Below, piece by piece: positions 46,918 through 56,344 of a stretch of DNA of 64,000 bases (position 1 is its first letter; every line of letters begins with the position of its first letter). Made by a program: the position numbers and the translations under genes. The notes beneath the pieces were generated by a model. The model saw nothing but the letters and a program-made list of their open reading frames with translations. It did no database searches and was not told the DNA's origin. The DNA comes from Acidobacteriota bacterium (GTDB taxonomy: Bacteria > Acidobacteriota > Blastocatellia > Pyrinomonadales > Pyrinomonadaceae). The stretch spans positions 2,446 through 66,445 of the forward strand of contig JAHBSG010000003.1 of assembly GCA_019639235.1 (NCBI GenBank), written 5' to 3'.

Positions 46918-48285
46918 ATGAAATATTACGAAAGCGTTCTTGAACTTATTGGAAACACCCCGCTGGTGAAGGTCAATAATCTTGCCCGCCAGTTCGGTGT
47001 CAAGGCGACTATCCTCGCCAAGATGGAAAGCCTCAATCCCGGCTACTCGGTAAAGGACCGGATCGGTATCTCAATGGTCGATTGGGCCGAGAAAGAAGGC
47101 GTCCTGAAGCCGGGCGGCACCCTGATCGAGGCAACATCCGGAAATACCGGTATCGGCCTCGCACTTGTTGCGGCGGTCCGCGGATATAAGTGCATCTTTG
47201 TCCTTACTGACAAGGTCTCGGTCGAGAAGATGCGGTACTTGAAATCGCTTGGAGCGGACATCGTCGTCTGCCCGTCTGCTGCAAAGCCCGGCACGCCGGA
47301 CCATTACGTCGAAACCGCAAAGCGTATATCGCAGGAAACGCCAAACTCCTTTTATCCAGATCAATACAACCACCCGGCCAATCCGGCGGCACACTACCGG
47401 ACAACCGGTCCCGAACTCTGGCGGGATACTGAAGGCAAGATCACGCACTTTGTCGCCGGAATCGGAACGGGCGGAACGATCAGCGGAACGGGCCGCTATC
47501 TTAAAGAACAAAACCCGAACATCAAGATCATCGGCGCCGACCCCTACGGCTCGATCTTTAAGACCTACAAGGACTCGGGCCGCGTGCCGGAAGCGACCCC
47601 ATACCTCGTCGAAGGCATCGGCCAAAGCCTGCCGGTTGGCAATGCCGATATGAGCGTGATCGACGAGGTCATCAACGTCACCGACCGCGAATCGTTTGAC
47701 CTTGCCCGCCAGCTTTCGCGGAAAGAAGGCATTTTCTGCGGCGGTTCGACCGGCACGAACTTCGCCGCTGCTCTAAAGATCGCCAAAGAAGCGGACGACG
47801 ATGCCGTGATCGTCTTCATCGTTTGCGATACGGGCGAGCACTACCTAACGAAGTTCCATTCCGACGAATGGATGAAGGAAAAGCTCCTGCTCGAACCGCA
47901 AAAGATCACGGCAGGACTTATAATCGAGACCAAGAACGGCAGCTCACCCGGGCAGCTCGTTTTTGCCGAACCCGGTGAGACGGTCACCGCCGCACTTTCT
48001 CGTATGTCAGATAACGGCATCACGCAGATGCCGGTGATCGAGGACAACCGCTCGGTCGGAAGTTTCCGCGAAAGCCGTGTCCTGGCAAAGCTGCTCGCGG
48101 ATGGTTCGCTGCTCGAAGCAAAGGTCAGCGACATCATGGAACCGAGCTTCCCGGTCGTACAGGTCGATTCGAGTATAAATGAGATAAAGACGAAGCTTTT
48201 GGAATCGCCCGCTGTTGTGATAGAAGACTTTAAGCGAATTACAGGGATCATTACCCGCTCGGACGTCCTGGATCTTTCTAGCTGA
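46918..48285 (+). CDS. PLP-dependent cystathionine beta-synthase / cysteine synthase family enzyme with C-terminal CBS pair
   Basis: '[11 protein letters not shown]' (PLP Lys), '[11 protein letters not shown]' and 'GTGGTISG', then two CBS-like repeats. Confidence 0.85.
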   Translation: MKYYESVLELIGNTPLVKVNNLARQFGVKATILAKMESLNPGYSVKDRIGISMVDWAEKEGVLKPGGTLIEATSGNTGIGLALVAAVRGYKCIFVLTDKVSVEKMRYLKSLGADIVVCPSAAKPGTPDHYVETAKRISQETPNSFYPDQYNHPANPAAHYRTTGPELWRDTEGKITHFVAGIGTGGTISGTGRYLKEQNPNIKIIGADPYGSIFKTYKDSGRVPEATPYLVEGIGQSLPVGNADMSVIDEVINVTDRESFDLARQLSRKEGIFCGGSTGTNFAAALKIAKEADDDAVIVFIVCDTGEHYLTKFHSDEWMKEKLLLEPQKITAGLIIETKNGSSPGQLVFAEPGETVTAALSRMSDNGITQMPVIEDNRSVGSFRESRVLAKLLADGSLLEAKVSDIMEPSFPVVQVDSSINEIKTKLLESPAVVIEDFKRITGIITRSDVLDLSS

Positions 48286-48296
48286 TCCGGGGCACC

Positions 48297-48755
48297 GTGC
48301 CCAACACTTCAGACCGGAGGTGGTCCGAAATGAACGACGGAACTGCAGAAATGCAAGAACGTGATATCTCTTCCCCGGACGATATCCCGACCGAACGGCC
48401 CGAATCGCGACCGGAACCCGGCGCCGCGGCGGGCGGTTGGTCGATGCCGCAGCCGGTCTTTCGCCAGTCGAGCGGATACACGCCGCAGCGAGGCCAGGCC
48501 GCAGCTGTTCCCGATGCCGCTCCGCCCGCATCAATGCCGGGCGGGCTCGACATCGAGCCTCAGCCCGACCTTCACGAGGCTGTTCCTGATGAGCCGGTAG
48601 CGGCCATGCCCGCTTCCTCGCCGGTAAAGGAAAAGAGCGGCCGGAGTGCTGTTTGGGCGGTCGTCACGCTCTTCGTCATCGCGGTGTTTGTCATCGCCTT
48701 TTCGGTCGGCGTGTATTTTCTGTTTTTCCGGGCCGGAAGTGACGGAGCCTTCTAG
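48297..48755 (+). CDS. Proline-rich hypothetical protein with C-terminal TM anchor
   Basis: ORF only. C-terminal 'AVWAVVTLFVIAVFVIAFSVGVYFLFF'. Start uncertain; alternative ATG at 48330. Confidence 0.4.
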   Translation: MPNTSDRRWSEMNDGTAEMQERDISSPDDIPTERPESRPEPGAAAGGWSMPQPVFRQSSGYTPQRGQAAAVPDAAPPASMPGGLDIEPQPDLHEAVPDEPVAAMPASSPVKEKSGRSAVWAVVTLFVIAVFVIAFSVGVYFLFFRAGSDGAF

Positions 48756-48873
48756 GAACGCAAAACGCCCGCTCACGGCGCGTCAAAAATTTAGGTTAGT
48801 GCCGCGGCCGCTGCCCTTACGACGGAGCTTGCGGCCGATTTTGATGAAAGGGTAACGCCCGGTTTTTAGGTAA

Positions 48874-50406
48874 ATGCCTGAAGCGAAGCTCAAATTTGAC
48901 GACCGCGAGTTCTTTCTCGGTTCCGGCCTGGTGACCATTGGCCGTGCCACGGACAACTCCATCTCGTTCGCCGGCGACAGCAACGTCTCGCGCTACCACG
49001 TTGAGATCGAGCTCCGCGGCGAAGAGTTTTGCCTCATCGACCTCAACAGCAGCAACGGAACTACGGTAAATGGTGCCCCCGTCGAGGGTGAAATATATCT
49101 CGCCGATGGCGATGAAATACTGCTCGGCGGTTCTGCTGCACTGACCCTTGAATACGTAAAGGAAGGCTCCGCCGAGGCACCGGCAACGGCAGTTCCGGCA
49201 GCGTCGGGAACTGAAACAGCCGCGGAAGAAACTGCACCGGGAGACGAATCTCCGCAGGCGGCAGAAACCGAGGCCGGCGGCTCGAGCTCCAAAGGGCTTT
49301 TTCTCGCGGCGGGCGGCTTTCTTGCTCTTTCGCTGGTTCTCGGTGCCGGTGCGACCGCGTTCTACTTTTTGCGCGATACGAGCTGCAACGCCCGGGCCGT
49401 CATCATCTCACCCGAACCCGGCGATACGATAAGCAAGCCGACCGAGATCGAGGTTGAGATCGAGAACTCTGAGTGCGTTTCCCGCGTTGCATTTACCGTT
49501 GACGGTTTCGAGTTCGCCAGCGTTACCGGCTCGCCGTACACCGTTGAGCTCAACCCCGCCGATTTCGCTGACCTTGCCGATGGTTTTGACCATCCGCTCG
49601 GCATCGTGCTTGAGGACGAAAAGGGCGTTAAATTTACGACCAGCCCGCCGGTTCTTCTCGCTTTTGAGACGCGTGCAGTAAAGCGTGACGACGACGTGGC
49701 GAAGGATCAGACGACACAACCGGACGAACCGCAGCGGCCCGCAAAGACGGGCGGCCCGAGCCTTGTTGAGGTCCACGATCTTTCGCGCAAGCTTCTTGCC
49801 CAATTCAAGGGCGGCGACCGTTACAACATCTCGAACCGCCAGCTTCTACAGGAAGTTCAGCGAAAGACGGCCGATTACGCACAACCCGGATATTCGGCTA
49901 AGGCATCGCAGTTCAAAGATGTGATCAACGTCGCCTTCGTCCGCGAGCAGAACCTCGATGCCCCGCTCGGCTTTTTCCTTGCAATGAGCCGCAGCCGGTT
50001 CGATCCGGCACGGCAGGGTACGGAGGAAGGCCTCTGGCGGATGTCGCCAGAATTCGTCAAGGCAAATGCTTACGACGGCCTCTGCGGCGGGCAGACCATA
50101 GCCGACCCGAAGCAGGATTGCGCCGCACTCGCCGCCGGCCTCTATATGAAGTCTATGGTTCTTGGAGCTTTCGAAGGCGATGTTCTTCTCGCGGTCGCGG
50201 CGTTCGGCAAGTCGCCGCAGGAAGCCGGCGAATGGAAAGCGACTCTGCCGCAGAACCGGACCGATCTCTGGAACGCTATTAAGACGCCGGCCGAACGCGA
50301 ACAGCTTGTCCGCTTTCTTGCGGCCGGTATCGTGGCTGAAAATCCGCAGCGGTTCGGCCTCGCAAATGAGCGGCCGCTGTCTGAACTTTACCGCATCGCG
50401 ATGTAA
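48874..50406 (+). CDS. FHA - TM - Ig-like - degenerate SLT-like domain protein (paralogue 1)
   Basis: FHA 'GRATDNSISFAGDSNVSRYH...DLNSSNGTTVNG'. TM 'GLFLAAGGFLALSLVLGAGATAFYFL'. C-domain 'FFLAMSRSRF...GLWRMS...FLAAGIVAENPQRFG'. Confidence 0.8.
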   Translation: MPEAKLKFDDREFFLGSGLVTIGRATDNSISFAGDSNVSRYHVEIELRGEEFCLIDLNSSNGTTVNGAPVEGEIYLADGDEILLGGSAALTLEYVKEGSAEAPATAVPAASGTETAAEETAPGDESPQAAETEAGGSSSKGLFLAAGGFLALSLVLGAGATAFYFLRDTSCNARAVIISPEPGDTISKPTEIEVEIENSECVSRVAFTVDGFEFASVTGSPYTVELNPADFADLADGFDHPLGIVLEDEKGVKFTTSPPVLLAFETRAVKRDDDVAKDQTTQPDEPQRPAKTGGPSLVEVHDLSRKLLAQFKGGDRYNISNRQLLQEVQRKTADYAQPGYSAKASQFKDVINVAFVREQNLDAPLGFFLAMSRSRFDPARQGTEEGLWRMSPEFVKANAYDGLCGGQTIADPKQDCAALAAGLYMKSMVLGAFEGDVLLAVAAFGKSPQEAGEWKATLPQNRTDLWNAIKTPAEREQLVRFLAAGIVAENPQRFGLANERPLSELYRIAM

Positions 50407-50418
50407 AATAAGAGAAGG

Positions 50419-51873
50419 ATGCTCGAGGTTCGACTCAAGTGCAAAGGCCCGGAAGGCGAACGTACAATAACGGTCGCCGAGGGCCGCATTTCGTTCGGCC
50501 GCGGGAGCGACGCCGACGAGCGTTTTGAGGACAACAGCCTTTCGCGGCTCCACGCAACGCTTTACCGCGAGGGCGACCGTGTTTGGATAGTTGACGATAA
50601 TTCGTCGAACGGCACGTTCGTAAATGGCGATGCGGTTCCGGCCGTCGGAAAACCTCTCGCAAATGGCGACCGCATCAAACTCGGCAACGACACCGTTCTG
50701 ATGGTCGAGATCGCAGCTCCCGCAAAGGCGGAAGCTCCTAAAGCTGCGGCGGCATCTCCCGGGATCACAGCTTCTTCCGGTGTGCCCTCCGGACTCGGCC
50801 TGCTGCCGATCGTGATGATCGGCTTTGCATTCATGATCGTCTCGCTCTCGCTTGCACTCATCGGCTACAAGCTTCTCGGTTGGGGTGAACCCGCCGTTGT
50901 TCGAGCCGATGACGATGTCGAATTTTCCGATCCGGAGCCGCGAAGTTCTCGCGACAGCGACCCGAAAAAAACGCCCGATTCCCCATCGAACTCGGGAAGC
51001 TCAACGTCAGGCTCGACCTCATCGAGCGATTCCAACTCGAACGAACCGCTCGATATCAAGACCCCCGAATCGTCAAAGCCCGAGCCGAGTGTAATTCCTC
51101 AAGGCAAGCGGTATCTCGACCTTTCGGAAGACGAAAAGCGAAAGTACGTAGCTGACCGCTCGATGCGTATCGCCGCCATCATTGGCAATAGTTCCAGCGA
51201 TACGATCCCCGCCGAGGCGGTCGAAAAGATCAAGAGCTTTACCGATGCCTATGCCAAGCGTATCAATGTAAAGCCGCTCGGCGGCTGCCGCTTTGGCGAT
51301 AACCTGCAGGCGACCTACGAGCGGGCAAGCAAGAACGCCCCGTTCATCGTCCGGGCGTTCAACGCCCGCGGCATCGACCCGCGGATCGGTCTTTATCTAG
51401 CGATGATCGAATCCGAGCATTGCGTTTGCCTCCAGAGCCCGACCGGTCCGCTCGGAATGTTCCAGTTCACTAAGGCGACCGGCGAGAATCACGGGTTGAA
51501 GACGATCAGCGGTGCCTCGCCAAATAACCCGGATGAACGCTGCGAGCCGGAGCCCTCGGCACGGGCGGCTGCGTCTTATATGAAGTCTCTGACGGGAAGA
51601 TATGGCACCGGGCCGGCAAGTGTTCCGCTCGCGATCGGCTCATATAACAGCGGCGAGGGCGGCCTCAGTTCGAACCTGGTGAAGGCGCTCGAATCAGGTT
51701 CGGGCCTGCCGCGAGATTTTTGGACGCTGATCTCGAAAGGCGATATGCTCTCCAAGCAGTTTCAATCAGAGAATTTCAAATACGTCCCCAAATTCTTTGC
51801 CGCGGCGATAGTTGGAGAATTTCCGCAGGACTTCGGTCTAAAGCTTCAGCCGGTTTCGACCTACACGAAATAG
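50419..51873 (+). CDS. FHA - TM - lytic transglycosylase (SLT) domain protein (paralogue 2)
   Basis: FHA 'GRGSDADERFEDNSLSRLHA...DDNSSNGTFVNG'. One TM and an S/D/P-rich linker. SLT signature 'LYLAMIESEH...TGPLGMFQF...IGSYNSGEGG'. Confidence 0.85.
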   Translation: MLEVRLKCKGPEGERTITVAEGRISFGRGSDADERFEDNSLSRLHATLYREGDRVWIVDDNSSNGTFVNGDAVPAVGKPLANGDRIKLGNDTVLMVEIAAPAKAEAPKAAAASPGITASSGVPSGLGLLPIVMIGFAFMIVSLSLALIGYKLLGWGEPAVVRADDDVEFSDPEPRSSRDSDPKKTPDSPSNSGSSTSGSTSSSDSNSNEPLDIKTPESSKPEPSVIPQGKRYLDLSEDEKRKYVADRSMRIAAIIGNSSSDTIPAEAVEKIKSFTDAYAKRINVKPLGGCRFGDNLQATYERASKNAPFIVRAFNARGIDPRIGLYLAMIESEHCVCLQSPTGPLGMFQFTKATGENHGLKTISGASPNNPDERCEPEPSARAAASYMKSLTGRYGTGPASVPLAIGSYNSGEGGLSSNLVKALESGSGLPRDFWTLISKGDMLSKQFQSENFKYVPKFFAAAIVGEFPQDFGLKLQPVSTYTK

Positions 51874-51887
51874 GCCCGCCGAGAAAG

Positions 51888-53243
51888 ATGATGAGCGAAC
51901 TTCGGCTCAAATTCGTTGATCAGGATGGCATTGACCGCTCCGTCGCGGTCGAAACGGACGAGTTCGTTCTCGGCCGGCAACCCGGCTCCGACCTCGTGCT
52001 TCCATTCCCCGGCGTTTCCCGTGAGCATGCGATGATCGAACGAAGCGGCCCGGATTTCATAATCCGCGATCTTGGCTCGAGCTTCGGCACGAAAGTTAAC
52101 GGCATTCCCGTAGTTGGGCTCAAGACATTGCATAACGGCGACGAGATCGACGTCGGCGATTCAGTAATCTTGGAGGTTGACATCGCAACAGCGGCTGCAT
52201 TCACGCAAGAACCGAGGCCTGCAGCACCTGAGGCATCGGCGGCCACGGTCTCCACCGCACCAATGGAGAGCACTCCTGCGGCATCGTCGTCCGCTCCCGT
52301 CCCCGCACCGGCAACGGCGGCAGCCGGCGGGAGCAATATGATCTGGCTCGCCGTGCTTGCCCCGCTTACGGCGGTATTTCTGCTCGCATTTATCGGCGGC
52401 GGGTTATATCTCTGGAACACGAGCGGGCAAACGAACCGCGACATTGTCAGCAATTCTGACGACCGGTTCGCGGATGACCTCGACAATGACTCACCATCGA
52501 ACTCAAAAGACGACTACATCGGCGGAACAAGTTCAAGTTCGAGTTCCTCGCCAAGGCCGAACACTAACAGCGGTAGCTCGAGCAGTTCTTCGAGCACAAA
52601 CTCCGGAACGACGCCCCCTCCGGTGAACAGCACGGTTACGCCGCCGGACTCCGAACTCGGAAAGGTCGAGCGAAATGCCGCCCTGTTTATGCGGAAAGCT
52701 GCCCGCAACGATCCTCGAGCATTCATCACATCTGAGCATGCCGGCCGCGTCCAGGCAAAGATCCGCGAAATGGCCGGTTCGCCCGCAGTTGCGGCAAATC
52801 TCGAATCTGCGAGAAAAAACTCGTCAAGCCTTTCCTCGCTTGCCAATGCGAATGGCCTCAAGCCGCAGTTCCTGGTAGCTGCGGCGTTGGGTAAACTCGG
52901 CACCTCGCGCGGCGACGTGCTCCAGACCGCCCAAGGCATGGTTGAAGTGCTGGCAAAGCTCAACGCACAGGTCGGCGCTGAACGCGGTGATGACGCCGCC
53001 GTTCTCATTGCCGCCTATCAGCAGGGCGTCGCGGGCGATTTTCTGAAGATGCGGAATATGCTCCAAAAGCTTGCGACCGACTTTCCCGAAAGCTCTCGTG
53101 AGATCAGGTCGATCTGGTTCCTCGAGCAGAAGCAAAAGATCACCAAGGCTGAGTTCGATAATGCACTTCGGTTCCTCGCCTTCGGGACGCTGATGCAAAA
53201 CCCAAAGGATTTCGGCGTCAATTCAGAGCCGCTCAGCGATTAG
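51888..53243 (+). CDS. FHA - TM - degenerate SLT-like domain protein (paralogue 3)
   Basis: Trimmed to 'MMSELRLKF'. FHA 'GRQPGSDLVLPFPGVSREHA...DLGSSFGTKVNG'. One TM and a Ser-rich linker. C-terminal 'FLAFGTLMQNPKDFG' is shared with paralogues 1 and 2. Confidence 0.8.
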   Translation: MMSELRLKFVDQDGIDRSVAVETDEFVLGRQPGSDLVLPFPGVSREHAMIERSGPDFIIRDLGSSFGTKVNGIPVVGLKTLHNGDEIDVGDSVILEVDIATAAAFTQEPRPAAPEASAATVSTAPMESTPAASSSAPVPAPATAAAGGSNMIWLAVLAPLTAVFLLAFIGGGLYLWNTSGQTNRDIVSNSDDRFADDLDNDSPSNSKDDYIGGTSSSSSSSPRPNTNSGSSSSSSSTNSGTTPPPVNSTVTPPDSELGKVERNAALFMRKAARNDPRAFITSEHAGRVQAKIREMAGSPAVAANLESARKNSSSLSSLANANGLKPQFLVAAALGKLGTSRGDVLQTAQGMVEVLAKLNAQVGAERGDDAAVLIAAYQQGVAGDFLKMRNMLQKLATDFPESSREIRSIWFLEQKQKITKAEFDNALRFLAFGTLMQNPKDFGVNSEPLSD

Positions 53244-53279
53244 GCCCGGGTTTCGCTCCGCGGCCGGGGGTTTCAACTT

Positions 53280-54110
53280 ATGCAGGAAAATGAATGGGTC
53301 ACCGGCAATGTGACCATCTCGATCAACGGCCAGCCGCTCTCGATGACGATGACCGTCCCGGCCAATCGCGTGAAGCCGCACCGTATGCTGCCGATCTTTC
53401 AGCAGATGTCGAACACCTTCGTCGATATGGGCGTTTCGGAGGTCGAATCGGCAGGTAAGGCCATCTCCTGCAAGGCCGGATGCGGCGCATGCTGCCGACA
53501 GCCGGTGCCGGTCTCTGAGATCGAGGTCTATCACCTCGCCGAGGTCGTTGAATCGCTCCCGGAACCGCGGCGGACAGAGGTAAAACAGCGTTTCCGCGAT
53601 GCGATGGAACATTTTCGCTCGATCGATTGGTTCGGGCGCGTTCAGCAGATCCGAGAAGTGGTCGAAGAGGACGGCAAGGAAGAAGGAATGCGGCAGCTTT
53701 CCGAGCTGACGACCGAGTATTTCCGCGAGGGCGTCGCGTGTCCGTTCCTGTTCGAAGAGAGCTGTTCGATCCACAAGGACCGTCCGGTCGCCTGCCGCGA
53801 GTATCTCGTAACAAGCCCGGCCGAGAACTGTTCCTCGCCGACGGCCGAGACCATCGACCGCGTTCCGATCGGCATTTCGCCCTCAAAAACGCTGACAAAT
53901 GTTGGAAATACCGGTCGGCTCGCAAACATAGCTTTGCTGCCGCTGATCAGGTCGCTTGAGTTGGCCGAACAATTCCCGGAAAAGTTCGTAGAAAAGACCG
54001 GCGAGAAATGGATGGCGGACTTCTTTACGATGCTGACGCACAGCGAGATACCGGACTCGGCGCGAAAGAAACCGGCGGGCACATCCGGCACCAATGGCCG
54101 AAGGCATTGA
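53280..54110 (+). CDS. YkgJ/UPF0153-type cysteine-cluster (CxxCxxCC) protein
   Basis: 'CKAGCGACCRQPVP' plus downstream 'CPFLFEESCSIHKDRPVACREY'. No signal peptide. Confidence 0.7.
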   Translation: MQENEWVTGNVTISINGQPLSMTMTVPANRVKPHRMLPIFQQMSNTFVDMGVSEVESAGKAISCKAGCGACCRQPVPVSEIEVYHLAEVVESLPEPRRTEVKQRFRDAMEHFRSIDWFGRVQQIREVVEEDGKEEGMRQLSELTTEYFREGVACPFLFEESCSIHKDRPVACREYLVTSPAENCSSPTAETIDRVPIGISPSKTLTNVGNTGRLANIALLPLIRSLELAEQFPEKFVEKTGEKWMADFFTMLTHSEIPDSARKKPAGTSGTNGRRH

Positions 54111-54190
54111 ATTAGAAAGATTTAACTACTTACGCCCGGCGCTGTTTACTATTTTCCGAAGTCGTTCTACTATTTAGGTCGATTCACTTT

Positions 54191-55543
54191 ATGAGCAGAT
54201 ACCGCAAAGTCGTCTGGAACGAGGGGATGCTCCTGACCCCGCATCATTTCCAGCAGTGGGACAACTACTTCGAAGGCTTGCTCAACTCGCGGGTCGATGC
54301 CGTAAAGCAATATGATTATGGCGTTCTGGAGCTTCAGGTCAGCAATGAAGCGATCGCGAACGGCAACTTTCAACTCATAAACTGCCGTGCCGTAATGCCG
54401 GACGGTCTGTTCGTCAATGTGCCTGATGCCGAAGCGGTCCCGGATATGCGGCCCGTTGGCGACCACTTCCGTGTTGAGCAGGAAAAGCTTGGCGTCCATC
54501 TTGCGATACCGGCGAAAAAGGCCGGCGAGGCAAATTTTCAGGCAAACGGTGCAAAACCGAGCTCAACGCTCCGCTTTCTGCAGGAAGGAGCGATGGTCAA
54601 GGACGAAACGACCGGCTCCGGCGAGCAGCCGATAGCCTACGCAAAAAGCAATCTTCGGATCATCTTTGACGACGAACTTCGCGACGGCTTCACCTCAATG
54701 AAGATCGCCGAACTTCAGCGAACGCCGACCGGACAGATCAAGATCTCAGACGATTATATTCCGCCGATACTGAAAGTCACGGCCTCGACATGGCTTGTAA
54801 ACATGCTTCGCCAGATGGTCGAGATCCTGATCACCAAGAGCGGAAGCCTCGGCGAGCAGCGGCGGCAGCGGAATGCCTCGCTCGCAGACTTTACGACCTC
54901 GGAGGTTGCCGTCTTTTGGCTGCTTCATACGATAAATTCGTCGATCCCGACGATGTCGCATTACTTTCGGTCGCCGCTCATCCACCCGGAGCAGCTCTAT
55001 ATAGAGATGGGCGAACTTGCCGGAAAGCTGATGACCTTTTCGCTCGAGCACAACCCGAAGGACATCGTAAAATACGACCACGACGACCTGTATTTCACGT
55101 TCTACAGCCTTTCGCTGCAGCTTCGCGACCTGCTTGAAACGGTCATCCCGAGCCGCTGTGTACAGATCCCGCTTGAGAAAACGCGCGATACGCTCTACGT
55201 CGGCCGGATCGACGACGAACGCCTTCTCAAAGAGGCCGGTTTCTACCTCGCCGTCCGCGCACAGATGCCGGAATCGAAGCTTATCGAGGGCGTTCCACGC
55301 GTAGTGAAGATAGCCTCGCGGGACGTCATCGATTCGGTCATCGGCTCCGCTCTGCCGGGCGTAGTGTTGACACACGCGAGCCCGCCGCCGGCACCGATCC
55401 CGGCCCGCGTCGGCTTTAAGTATTTTCAGCTCGATTCGATCGGGCCTTATTGGAACGGCATCGCCGGGTCAAAGGTGGTCGCCGTCTATGTCCCGAACGA
55501 GATACCGGACGAAAAGCTCGAGCTTTACGCAGTAAAACCGTAA
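54191..55543 (+). CDS. tssK: Type VI secretion baseplate protein TssK
   Basis: N-terminal 'KVVWNEGMLLTPHHFQQWD' is typical of TssK/ImpJ. 450 aa. Confidence 0.9.
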   Translation: MSRYRKVVWNEGMLLTPHHFQQWDNYFEGLLNSRVDAVKQYDYGVLELQVSNEAIANGNFQLINCRAVMPDGLFVNVPDAEAVPDMRPVGDHFRVEQEKLGVHLAIPAKKAGEANFQANGAKPSSTLRFLQEGAMVKDETTGSGEQPIAYAKSNLRIIFDDELRDGFTSMKIAELQRTPTGQIKISDDYIPPILKVTASTWLVNMLRQMVEILITKSGSLGEQRRQRNASLADFTTSEVAVFWLLHTINSSIPTMSHYFRSPLIHPEQLYIEMGELAGKLMTFSLEHNPKDIVKYDHDDLYFTFYSLSLQLRDLLETVIPSRCVQIPLEKTRDTLYVGRIDDERLLKEAGFYLAVRAQMPESKLIEGVPRVVKIASRDVIDSVIGSALPGVVLTHASPPPAPIPARVGFKYFQLDSIGPYWNGIAGSKVVAVYVPNEIPDEKLELYAVKP

Positions 55544-55555
55544 GCGATCAGATAA

Positions 55556-56233
55556 ATGGCAGAAGGTGTCCTTAAAAAAGATCTGATAACATTCGCCGGG
55601 CCGATATTCGACCTGATACTCCGGCTTAAGGCCGGCATCGTCGCGCCGTCAAATGACCTTCGTCCGAAGATCGCCGGTATGCTTGAGGAATTCGAAAAGC
55701 GTGCCGAGCGCTACCGGTTCAATCACAAGATCGTCCAGGTCTCAAAATTTGCCCTCGCCGCATTTGTCGATGAAACGGTCCTGACCAACGACTTTCACCT
55801 CAAGAACGAGTGGGAAAAGAACCCGCTCCAGCTTGAATACTTCGGCGAGCAGCTTGCCGGAAACAAATTCTTTGAGAAGCTTGAGTCGATGATCAAGCAG
55901 ATCGAGGTCACGCAGGAGGCCGTCGAGGTCTATTATTTTTGCATGCTCCTCGGCTTTAAGGGCCGCTACGCGATCTATGAACACGAAAAGCTTCTTGCGA
56001 CGATGGAGCAGACCGCAAAAGCACTCGTAAAGGTTGGAAGGATCAGGCCGGTCGACCTCTCACCGCACTGGCTCTCAAGCGACCAGCCAAAGCCGCCCGA
56101 GAAACGCGGAATGCCCGTTTGGGCAAAAATCGGGGCCGTTGGCGGTCTAGGTTTAGGGATTATCGTTTACCTTGTGATGTTCGTAATGTCGTCACAGTTC
56201 ATGCAGCAGGCGATAAACCGGCTCGCGATGTGA
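55556..56233 (+). CDS. tssL: Type VI secretion membrane protein TssL (DotU family), no peptidoglycan-binding extension
   Basis: 'AAFVDETVL...W...PLQLEYFG' and 'EVYYFCMLLGFKGRY'. A single C-terminal TM is followed by only about 15 residues. Confidence 0.9.
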   Translation: MAEGVLKKDLITFAGPIFDLILRLKAGIVAPSNDLRPKIAGMLEEFEKRAERYRFNHKIVQVSKFALAAFVDETVLTNDFHLKNEWEKNPLQLEYFGEQLAGNKFFEKLESMIKQIEVTQEAVEVYYFCMLLGFKGRYAIYEHEKLLATMEQTAKALVKVGRIRPVDLSPHWLSSDQPKPPEKRGMPVWAKIGAVGGLGLGIIVYLVMFVMSSQFMQQAINRLAM

Positions 56234-56344
56234 TCAGAATTCGGTTCGATCCTCGCGTTCTGATGCTGTGAGCAACAATTTCTTCCCGTCAGGCGGACGT
56301 CACTTGCACGTCCCGGCTTTCGGGAGTGTGCTTGTGTCCTTTCT

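Noticed and set aside
54111-54190. Looked for a sigma54 (-24 GG / -12 GC) promoter upstream of tssK, as many T6SS loci are RpoN-dependent
   Set aside because: The only 'GGCAC' (near 54090, inside the upstream CDS) has the wrong GG-to-GC spacing and no TTGC. The gap is merely AT-rich. No call made.
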